A stretch of 64,000 nucleotides of DNA, from NCBI GenBank assembly GCA_965240325.2, contig OZ251238.1, positions 930,001-994,000 on the forward strand, read 5' to 3'. Shown one piece after another: positions 1 to 9,462 of this stretch. Positions within the stretch are counted from its first letter, which is position 1. Each line of letters starts with the position of its first letter. This DNA comes from Rebecca billardiae RCC1528. Lineage: Eukaryota; Protista; Haptophyta. The translations under genes and the position numbers were made by a program. The notes beneath the pieces were generated by a model, which worked only from the letters and a program-made list of their open reading frames with translations, made no database searches and was not told the DNA's origin.

Positions 1-2
1 GT

Positions 3-269
3 GGACACGAGCGCGCAGACGCGCTCGCTGACAGCGCTGGCGCCTCCGGCTCACCGCTGGGGCACAAGGCGGTGCGGGCGCCGGCGGCCGCACCCGCGCC
101 GCCACACGGCGGCGCGCCGGGCTCCGCCCCCGTGCCTGCGCCGCCGGCTGCCACCAGCGCAGCCGCGGACATCGCCGCCCCGACCTCCGCAGCGGCGGCT
201 GGGCGCGGCGCGGCGGCGGCCGCGAGCGCAAACGACGACGACGACGACGACTGGGGAGACTGGTCCTGA
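3..269 (+). CDS. 3' end of an upstream gene; Ala/Pro-rich tail ending in acidic DDDDDDWGDWS (trafficking/adaptor-binding-type motif)
   Basis: Frame open from the window edge to TGA at 267-269; C-terminal DDWGDW resembles acidic-Trp motifs of trafficking accessory proteins. Identity not determinable. Confidence 0.5.
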   Translation, partial: GHERADALADSAGASGSPLGHKAVRAPAAAPAPPHGGAPGSAPVPAPPAATSAAADIAAPTSAAAAGRGAAAAASANDDDDDDWGDWS

Positions 270-742
270 CTGCTGACTCCTGAGCCGGACTCTTCTGAGG
301 CCTGCGGTCGCGGAGTTGCGCCTTGCGCCGTTGCGGGCGTGGGCGTCTTGGCACGGGCGGCCCGCTGCCTCGCATCCGCTGGATTCACACGAGCGCTGCC
401 AGCGGCAGCGCCCGTGAGCAGCGCCCGTGCCGAGGCCTGTCGGCGTCGGTCTTCCGTGCACTCGCGGCGGAACAGTACATCCCTCAGTGACGTGAGCGAG
501 GAGGGGCGCGCGTGGCCCCGAGCGCGTGGGCTCGGCCTGGGCCGGGCTCCAGCTCTCCCGCAGGCCGCAGCAGCCACAGGTGTGCAGGCCCAGGGCAGGC
601 GGCTGGAGAGCTCCCCACAATCGATCCGGAAGCACTCCGGTACAATAGGCCAGGAAGTCCGGCGAAAAGTTTCAACTTTCAAACCATATCGTTGCTTTGG
701 CCGGCCGGCGCCAGCTTTTCACGAAGTCGGACGAACGTAAGC

Positions 743-3700
743 ATGCCGGCGAGCCCGTCTACGCTGCCGTCGCGCTCGCCGACGGCCCCGGGCTCGAGGG
801 GTGGCGCGTCCGGACTCGGCAGCAGGACGAGCGGGTCAGCCACCAAGTCGACCGTCTCGCGCCTGGCGAGGCCACGCACGCCCGTGCGCACGCCGACATC
901 TGGCGCGCGCCGCGCAGGCGCGAGCGGCGCGGCAGAGTCGCCCGGGTCCAAGGCGGAGGCGGAGGAGCAGCAGCCCAGCGGCCCGGCCGTCGAGCTCGAG
1001 GCGCTCGCGCGGAAGAATGGCGTGCTCGTCGAGCGTCTGCACACGCTTCGCGAGGTCCGCGCCTCCGAGCTCTCCGCCGAGGAGCTCCGTGGTGTCGTGG
1101 CGCTCGTCGACGCGAGCGCATCGCTTGAGCGCCTCAGCATCATGTGCGCGCACGCGCACGCCACGCCGAGCCCTCGCGGTGGTGTCACGCGTCGTGCATT
1201 TTAGCATGGCACCTCGCCATCGGCTGGCACCGTCTGGACGCGCGTGCAGCTCGCACGCGCAGCGCGCGCGCGACAGAGTCGCCGCTCACCGCGCGTGCCC
1301 GCCCCTGGTGTGACCCCCGCGCGCGGCACGCGCGCCCGCTGCCCGCCAGGTGCACCGATGCGAGCGAGGCCGAGGCGGCAGCTCTGGCGACAGCGCTCCG
1401 GACGAACAAGACGCTCCGCTCGCTCTACCTCAGGTGCGCCGCGCCTCTGCATGTGCACCGACATTTGCGGACGCAGCGGCAGACGGGCGATGCGCGCGGC
1501 GTGGGCTGACCCACCCACTGATGCGCGCGCATGGCACGCGCGCAGCTACAACACGCTGGCGGATGGCGCGGCGGTGGAGCTGTGCTCCGCGCTTGCCGCG
1601 AACACAGGGCTGCACAGCCTGTATATGCGGTGCGCAGCGGCGCGCGGCGCGGCGCGGCGCGCGGCGTGGCGTGGCAGCACACAGCGGGCGCCGGTGGCTG
1701 CAGGGCCGAGCATGTCTCGCGCGCGGGGCCGAGTCCCGGGCCCCACTCACGCCCGCCGCCCGGCGCTCGCCCTCGCGCCGCGCCGCGCCGCGCAGCCATA
1801 CCGACCTCTGCTCCGCATCGACGGTGGCCCTTGCGAAGGCGCTCGGGGAGAACCTCACGCTTCAGACGCTGGCCCTCTCGCTGGCGCCCGGCGTGGAGGA
1901 GGGCGCGGCGCTTGCGCTGGCGGAGGCGCTGGGGGGGAACCGAGGGCTGCGCTCGCTCGAGATCCGGTGCGCGAGGCCGCGCGGCACGCGCGGATGCGCG
2001 GGCGGAGGGCACGGCCCCGCTGGCCGCGGTGGCAGGCAGGCAGCTGCGCGCGCGCGCTCAGCTGCCAGTCAGGGCCGCGGGCGAGGGCTACACACAGCCG
2101 GCCTGGCCTGGCAGCCTGCGCCGTGCGACTTGGCGCCGCCGTTGGCAGCGCGCGCGCGGGCCGCGGCGGCGCGACCGTCGGGCCGCGCTGGCCTGCTCGG
2201 CGCCGCTCACGCTGCACGAACCGCGCGCCCGCGCCGATGCGCCGGACGCGCGTGCGCCGCGCCTTAGGGAGCTCGCCCTGCCGGACCCGAGCGCGCTGCT
2301 GCATGCGCTCGCGGCAGCACTACGCAAAAACCGGACTCTGCACTCACTCTCAATCCCGTGTGCGCCGGCGCCCGGCGCGTCCGGCGCGTGCGGCGGCGTC
2401 CGGCGGCTCCCAGTGGCCCGGCCGCTCACGCGCGCGCGCGCGCTCGCCTGCCCTGCCCCTGCGCGCGCGTGCCTCGCGCGCGGCCGTGCGCGCAGCGTGG
2501 GCGAGGCCCGTTGCGATGGCATCGGCGCGCTGCGGGCGGCCATGCTGACGTCCAGCTCACTCCGCCGGCTTGCGCTCGGTCTGGGCGGCAGCCGCGTGCG
2601 CCACTGGGCCCCGCCATCCGACCAGTCGACAGCAGCAGAGCTCCGCGCGTCCGCGCTGCACTGGGCCGACGCGGTGGACGAGATCTCGCCGATCTCGCGG
2701 CTGAGCCTCGCGGCCGAGATCGCCGGCGGCGCGCACGGCCTCTCTGAGCGCGCGCGCGTGCGCTTTGGCGTCGAGGCCGCCATCGCGTGCGACGCGCGCG
2801 CCGCCGCGCTCCGCGCCGCGGGCGACCCGCATTCGGCCGCGGGCGTGGCGCAGGCTGGGCGCATGGTGCAGCTGGGCCTGTGCTCGCTGCTCGACGAGAA
2901 GTATGGCCGGGCGGCCGAGAGCCAGCTCGCGGGCGCAGGCGCGGCGCGCGGAGCCGCCGCCGCCGCCGCCGGCAGCGGCGGTGGTGTCCGCACCGAGGAC
3001 AGGCCGGCGCCGGGCGGGGCGGAGCGCTCCAAGCCTGCTGGGCGCGCGCTGGGCACGGCCGCGCTGGCCGCGGCGAGCGGGCAGCACGCCGGCCCGCGCG
3101 CGCTGCTCGTCGCGCACGCGCGCGCGCTCGAGCGCGCCGTCGAGCACGGCTGCCCGGTGCTGCTTACTCTGCCGGCGGTGCAGCGCGCACACGCGCTCGC
3201 GTTGCAAGGTGCGGGCGGCACGCTCGCGCGCGCGCTCGGCGCCGAGCCTTCCGTGCTGAGTCCGCTGCAGGCGACGGCGCTGCTTGCGAGCGCGCTCGCG
3301 GCGCAGCCCATCGTGTGGGCGATCCTCGTGCTCGTCCCGCCGCTCGACCCCGCGAGCGCGCGGCCGCCGCTCGGTGCCGCGGTGGGCGCGCGCGGCGTGA
3401 TGCGTCGCTTCACTGGCGCAGTCCTCTGGTCTCTTGACCCCTGGCTGAGGCTGTGTGCGCACGCGGCGTCAACGTGCGCGCTGGTTGGTCTGTGCGCCGC
3501 GCTGCCCCACCTGCCGCTCGCGCGCGCGTGGGCGGGCGCGGACGCGGACGCGCCCGCTCGGCGCCTGCTCGGCGGCGTCGGCGGCGGTGACAGCGACGGC
3601 GCCGGGCTCGGCGCGAGCGCCGGCAGCGCGGCGCCGCCCGGTGCCGCCTCCGACTCCGTGTTAGCCGCAGCGCTGCATGAGGCCCCCGGTCTGTCGGCCG

Positions 3701-5814
3701 AGGACGCGCGACTGCTGCTGGCCGCGGCATGCACCGCGCTCGGTGCCGTGCTCGTCGAGCTGGACACGCTCGTCACCGACCTCGGCGCGTGGCGCGCGCC
3801 GCGCGCCGCCCTCCGCGCGTACGCCTCCAACGAGCTCCGAGCGATCGGCGGCGCGGGCGTTCTGTGCGCCTGCGCGGGCGTGGGCGCGCACGTCGCCGCG
3901 GCTGTCGGCGTGCCGCTTGGCGCGGCTGGCGGCTGCGCGCACGTGTGCCTCTCCGCCGCCGTGCTCTGCCTCGGCCTGCGGCTGCTGCAGCTCGCCCTGC
4001 TCTCGCCGCTGCTTGCGCCCTACCTTCTGCTCTCCCTTCGGATGTGCGCCGATGTGGCGGCGACGGCCGCGCTGGCGCTGCCGACGGCGCTCGGCTGTGT
4101 CGTGGCTCTCCGAGTGTTGCTCGCGGGCTCAAGCGCGCTCGGCGCCGTCAGCCGCGCCGCCGACGCCGAGCCGCACTCGGCGTACGCGGCCGCGCCGAGC
4201 CCGAAGGAGCGCGGCCCTCGCGCGCAGCAGCCGGCCGGCGCCAGGCACGCCTCCCACGGCAGCGCGCGCTCGGGCGCCGCCGGCGCTCGGCAGGCTTGCG
4301 CCGGCGCGGCGGCCGGCGCGGACGAGTCGTGCGATCCGACCGCGGGTGAGGGTGGCGGTGCGAGCGAGGCGGTCGATGGCGCGGGCGTCTCCGGGCAGCC
4401 GCAGCCGGGCCCTGCGCCCCGGGCTTCGCCCGCGGACCCGAGCGGTAGGCCGGCAGCGGAGCCGGCGCCGGGCCCCTCCCAGCCGCGCCAGCCCCGCGCC
4501 GCGGCGGCGGCAGAGGCCGTTGCGAGCCCCGAGGCATCGCCGCGCGGCGCCGGCCGCCCGCCGGCGCCGGCTGTGGAGTCCCAGGCAGACATTCTCGCCT
4601 CGTTCGCGCAAGCCAAGGTGCTCTCGACGCAGTTCACTCAGCTCGTCGACATGATCGCCACCGCGGCGATCTCCAGTGCCGTCGGCGGCGGCGGCGGCGC
4701 GGCGGCGGCGGCGACCCTCGCCGGAATGCCGAGGCAGGCGGCGGCTGCCGCCGCGCCGGGCGGCCGTGAGTGGGCGGCGCAGTGTGGCGGCGCGAGCTGC
4801 GGCGAGCTGAGCACTTGGCGTGACTTGGACGCGTCGGCGCCGCCGCCCGCCGCCACGGCGGCGTCCGCCTCCTCCGCCTCGTGGGCGCTCGCTGCCGCGT
4901 ACGCGTGCGTCGGCGCGGTCCTGCTCCTCAACATGGCGGTGGGCGCCATCGCCAGGACGTTTGATTCCCACGCGGAATCTCTCGAGGCCGCGGCCGTGCT
5001 CGCGCGCGCTCGGCTCATCCACGCGTCCGCGCGGCTGCCGGTCGCGCCGCCGCCGCTCAATCTGCTCGGCCTGCCCGTCACCGTGGCCATGTGGCTGGCC
5101 CGCGCCGCGGGCGACTGGCTCACAGCGCAGCGTCGGGTCGATCGTGCATGGCTCGGCGGGGCGGAGGATGCGCGCTGGGCTGGCGGCGCGGCCCAAGGCT
5201 CCCCGACCGCACGGCGGGCCGGAGGCAGCGCCGATCGGTCAGCTGAGGAGCCGGGGGGCGGCGATCCCGGAGCGGATGGCGATGCTTTCACTGCGACGCT
5301 CTCCCCTTCCGCCGCCGGCGCGCACGGCGTCGGCGCGGGCGCCGACGACGAGCGCGACGCGCCGCCGCTCACGCGCGCCGACGCTGCGCGCGCAGACGCG
5401 GTGCGCGCGCGCGCGACGAGCCTCGCGGCCGAGTACATCCGCTCGCACTTGGCGGAGGCGGAGCTGGGCGAGCGGTGGCGGCGCTCGCTCTCGCAGCGCG
5501 TCTCGGGGCTCGGGCTCCTCGTCGAGCAGCAGGCCAGCGACACGCGCGCACGCCACGCCGCGCTCGAAGCCCGTCTGCTGAGGCTCGAGCAGGCGCTCGA
5601 GAAAGCGCCGTGGCTGGCCAAGCCGAAGGAGGAGGGCGCGACGAAGAGCCCACAGACGGCCAAGGGCACCGTTGTGCGCACGGGTACGCGTGCAACCACG
5701 CCCGGCGCGCGCGTGCGCCCGACGCCGGGCAGCAGCGGCGCGCGCGCGCGCTACTTGGATCCGCCGACACCGCGCTCGCGAGCGAGCACGCCAGGCGCGC
5801 GCGTTATGCGCTGA
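743..5814 (+). CDS. RI/NLRC3-type leucine-rich-repeat protein fused to a TRP-like cation channel domain (multi-exon)
   Basis: Proposed exons 743-1143, 1350-1433, 1546-1629, 1796-1966, 2268-2357, 2496-5814 (further introns possible). LRRs such as LATALRTNKTLRSLYL, LCSALAANTGLHSLYM, LAEALGGNRGLRSLEI. TRP-like motifs LRLLQLALLSPLLAPYLLLSLRMCADV (S4-S5 linker), LLLNMAVGAIARTF (S6), ARARLIHASARLPVAPPPLNLL (TRP box/Pro-rich), plus a C-terminal coiled coil. Confidence 0.7.
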
Positions 5815-6013
5815 CGGCTTAGAGATGCAGCCGGGCGCCGGCGGCGCGCGGAGGGCGGCTGACGGTGGCGGGACGGTGCCGCATGGGCCGCGTGCGACCA
5901 CAGACTAGCTGCAAACTCGGATTGAGGCGGTGCGGCACGGTTCGAACCGTCCATGCTGAAATCCGGCCACTCCGCTCGCCGGCCGCCGCCGCGGCCGCGC
6001 GCCCGGCATTCCG

Positions 6014-6165
6014 GCCCATTCAAAAAAAAAGTGGAACACAAACGGCCGGCAGTTCCAATCCCACGCCCGAGATTGTCCAACGCCTTTCCACTGGCCAATC
6101 CCACGTCCGGAAGCAGTGTGTCCAACGGCTTTTTACACGGCCAACTGCTGCTTTTTTGAATGGGC
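6014..6165. promoter_or_regulatory. 14-bp inverted repeat enclosing a degenerate ~40-bp tandem duplication (CCAATCCCACG...TGTCCAACG x2) upstream of the AP2 gene
   Basis: GCCCATTCAAAAAA (6014-6027) / TTTTTTGAATGGGC (6152-6165); two CCAATCCCACG copies inside; ~100 bp upstream of ATG 6269. Confidence 0.5.
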
Positions 6166-6268
6166 GCGAGCCACACGGCCGCCAGTAATCGTAGCCGCGA
6201 GGGGCCGCGAGGCTTGACCAGTACCCGAGGGCGCGAAGGCCGTTGTCACGCCCACTCGCTCGCTTGAA

Positions 6269-7060
6269 ATGCTCGCCGAACGCACGAACTTCATGGGCGT
6301 CTCGACGGAGGAGAGGCCGCGGTTTGTCGGCGTGCGCTTCCACGGCGAGTGCCGCACCAACCCCTGGGAGGCCCGCTGCCGCGCCGACGGCCGCAAGCAC
6401 AACCTGGGCTATTTCGCGACCGCCGGCGCCGCCGCGCGGGCCTACGACGCGTTCGCCCGCCAGTTCCCGAACCGCAAGCTGAACTTCCCGGATGAGGTGG
6501 ACGTGCCGGTGCCGTTGCCGAGCAGGGCACAGGCGTGTGCCACCGTCAAGCGCGCGCGCCCCGCCGACTCGCGCCCGCCGCTCACCGTCGAGACCCACAC
6601 CGCGCCGATCCACTTTGCGGTCTACGACGACGGCGCCGAGGACCTGCTCGACACGGTGGCGCGGCGCGTGTACGTGGACGACGAGGGCGACGTGACACCT
6701 ACCGAGCCGACCGTCCACCCCAAGCGCGCCAAGATGCTCCCGCCGTACGACCCGTACTCGGCCGTCCGCAACGCCGGCGCCACCGACCTGCCGACGATCG
6801 CGCTCGCGGCGGGCGAGCTCGGTGCGGCCTCTGACGTGGGCATGCGCGTGCCGGCGGGCCGGCGGGCGCTCCACTTCGCGCTGCGCGCATGCGACGCCGA
6901 CTTGGCCGCGGGCGCGCCCGCCGCCGACCACGTGCTCGTGGCGGCTGTGTGCGCGAAGGCGTCGCCGGGGTCTGAGGGCGCGCACAACGGCTGCGCCGAC
7001 GCGTCCGAGGCGCTCTTCCTCGCGGCGTCGTCGCTGCTGCAGCTGCGTGCGGGTGCATAA
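6269..7060 (+). CDS. AP2/ERF-domain DNA-binding protein
   Basis: RFVGVRFH...NPWEARCRADGRKHNLGYFATAGAAARAYDAFARQFPNRKLNFP matches the AP2 consensus (GVR..WEARI..LGxF.TA..AARAYD...LNFP); intronless ORF. Confidence 0.85.
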   Translation: MLAERTNFMGVSTEERPRFVGVRFHGECRTNPWEARCRADGRKHNLGYFATAGAAARAYDAFARQFPNRKLNFPDEVDVPVPLPSRAQACATVKRARPADSRPPLTVETHTAPIHFAVYDDGAEDLLDTVARRVYVDDEGDVTPTEPTVHPKRAKMLPPYDPYSAVRNAGATDLPTIALAAGELGAASDVGMRVPAGRRALHFALRACDADLAAGAPAADHVLVAAVCAKASPGSEGAHNGCADASEALFLAASSLLQLRAGA

Positions 7061-7562
7061 GGCGGCCTCCTCACCCGGCGCAGGCGCGCGTGGCCCCGGT
7101 CCGCCCTCTCGACCGCGCGCTCCGACGCGCGCGCTCGACCTGGGGCCGACTGTTGGCCATCGGCTGTCGCCTGCCACCGTGAAGTCGCGGGTCCCGGCGG
7201 CTTGCAGCGGTCTGCGTGGATGTCTCCACGCGGACTGCCCTCGACTGTGTCTGATGCATGCTCCTGCCTCAACGTGCGGGAAGCACGCTGCCGACCACCG
7301 ACCGTGCTGCGCGGCTGCAGCGCCGCCCGCACTGGGTCTCCGAGGAGTCTCTCTGTTGTGCTTTTCATTGCGGTCCGATCATCAGCCACTGTACTGATCC
7401 GTGATTACACCTTCGTATTGGCTGACGGTGAGTTCAGTACGGTAAGTACCGTAGTATTTGTCGTAACTTCTCCGCGAACCAAGGCGGTCCGAACGGTCAT
7501 CCAGCCGGGTGGGCGCAAAAGGGGCACGTCGTCGTGGACGGCACAAGCACAGCCACCGGTCC

Positions 7563-7643
7563 GCTCCCGCCGTGGACGGCCGAAATGCATATTTCGGCCC
7601 GAAATTCGAACAGATCGAAAATGGCCGCCGACCGGCCGCCCCA
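7563..7643 (+). repeat. Degenerate copy of the NAGLU promoter/start segment (9391-9484)
   Basis: Shared GCTCCCGCCGT, GGACGGCCGAAA, CCCGAAATTCGA and AATGGCCGCCGACCGGCCGCCCC (MAADRPP). Confidence 0.7.
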
Positions 7644-8307
7644 TGCGTCGCGCGCCTCGCACCACGCTCGCCGGCGCGCAGGAGGCCGCAGAGAGCCGCG
7701 ACTCCGGCGGCGGCTGCAGCTGCGTGGCAACACTTGCCAGCCGACGTCTCGCGCGCGCGCTCGGCCAAGCGGTACGGTGCTTCTGAAGCGCCTCGGCCGC
7801 CGAGCTCACACCACGATGACCGGCGGCGCGCTCGGCGAGCGTCACGCGGGCAACTACGAGAGTACTCAGCTGCTCGACCAGCCCTACTTTGGCAGCCCGG
7901 TGGCGATCCGCGCGGCGCTAGCGGCGGGCCCGCCCTTCACGCGCGCCTCGACCGCCCGCGCCCGCGCTCCCCGGCTTCACTCGGGTGACTTGGCAGCCGG
8001 CGGGCGCGGCCCATCCGGCCATGTCATTTGTGACTAACTGGCGGCATTATTCGGATAATATATATATATATATGCTGACTCCGACTGCGCGGTATTATCA
8101 GTTGCTAGTCGTCATCTAACACACACACATATATATACATATATGTGTGTGTGCGTGTATATATAGAACCTGCCGCCTGCCGGCTGCGGGCTGGGGCGCC
8201 CGACCCCGGACGCGGGGCCGATTGCCGAAGGCTGCCGGCTCGGGGCGCCGCCCCCGGAGCAGCGCGCGCGCATCACCTCGATCGCCGACGCCGCCGCGTC
8301 TCGCGGC

Positions 8308-9354
8308 TCACTCTCGCGCGTCATGCCCGCCCGACGGCCCGCCGCCCGCCGCCGCGCCACCGCCGCCGCCGCCGCGCAGCCAGCGCAGCGCCGCGCCGAG
8401 AGGGTCGGTGGGCGTCGGCGGCGCGCGCTCGGCGCAGCGCACCTCGTCGCCGAGCCGGATGGTGCGCGCGTCGTCGGCGGCGTCAGCGGCGAGCGGTGCG
8501 GGCCAGAGGTACACGCCGAAGGGCGTCTCGCCCGTCGGCCTCCGCCGGAAGCCGCGCAACGTCGCGACCGGCCCCTGGCCGCGCGGCGCGACCGCGCCGT
8601 CGTCCTGGCTCACGTCCGGCACGGCGCACCGCGGGCACGGCGCGGCGCGCGCGAACTCGACGCCGCCGATAGTGAGGGGCGTGGGCCAGGCCTCCTCCTC
8701 GAAGGGCGCGCCGACGCCCTCGACCACCACGTTGGGCCGGAAGCGGCTCCTCTCGGCCGGCGGCAGCCCGGCGGCCGCGCGGCGGTCGTTGAGCTCGGCG
8801 AGCGACTCGGCGGCGAGCAGCAGCAGCGGCGCCTGGTCGCAGAGCCCGGCGGGGCGGCCGGCGGCGGGCTCGGCGCAGCGGAGCAGCCGCAGCGGCGGCG
8901 CGCCCGCGCCGCCCGCCGGCGCCGCGCCGAGCGCGTGCGAGAGCCAGCCGGCCGCCTGGTCGCCCTGGTCGGCCAGCTGCACCGCCGAGCCAAACAGACG
9001 CGCGACCACCGGCGCGCGCGCCGAGCCGGGCGCGTCGGGGCGCGAGACGGAGACGGCGCAGCTGGCGCCGTCGCGTGCGGTCAGGCGCAGCGCGCCGTCC
9101 GGCCCCTCCTCCGCCGCGTGCGTGGCGAGCGCGGGCAGCTCGCGCTGCGTGAGGCCCACCAGCCCGGCGGGGGTGGCCGCGGCGACGAGCCAGCGCCGGT
9201 CGCCCGCCACGCCGTCGGCGCCGAGCGTGAGCGCGTCGGCGGGCACGGCGCGCGCCGACTTGACCGGGTAGCGGTACAGCCCGACCACGCGCGGCGCACC
9301 GGCGGTGCGGCCGACGGCCACTGCGGCGAGGAGGACGGCAGCCTGCGCAGCCAT
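8308..9354 (-). CDS. MOSC-domain (mARC/molybdenum cofactor sulfurase C-terminal-like) protein
   Basis: VVGLYRYPVKS, GVAGDRRWLV, RFRPNVVVEG.APFEEEAW, PCPRCAVPDVSQDDG, FGVYL are MOSC_N/MOSC hallmarks; ATG at 9354 followed by a hydrophobic leader. Confidence 0.9.
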   Translation of the reverse strand: MAAQAAVLLAAVAVGRTAGAPRVVGLYRYPVKSARAVPADALTLGADGVAGDRRWLVAAATPAGLVGLTQRELPALATHAAEEGPDGALRLTARDGASCAVSVSRPDAPGSARAPVVARLFGSAVQLADQGDQAAGWLSHALGAAPAGGAGAPPLRLLRCAEPAAGRPAGLCDQAPLLLLAAESLAELNDRRAAAGLPPAERSRFRPNVVVEGVGAPFEEEAWPTPLTIGGVEFARAAPCPRCAVPDVSQDDGAVAPRGQGPVATLRGFRRRPTGETPFGVYLWPAPLAADAADDARTIRLGDEVRCAERAPPTPTDPLGAALRWLRGGGGGGAAAGGGPSGGHDARE

Positions 9355-9462
9355 CGTGGATTGTGGCCGTGTAGTGGCGGTTTGCTCCCGGCTCCCGCCG
9401 TCCCGCGTCGTCGTCGGGGGACGGCCGAAAAGCTTTTCGTCCCGAAATTCGAGCAGGGTACA

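Noticed and set aside
6055-6110. ERSE (ER-stress element) in the AP2 promoter
   Set aside because: Spacing and orientation (CCAAT-C-CCACG) match neither ERSE (CCAAT-N9-CCACG) nor ERSE-II (ATTGG-N-CCACG).
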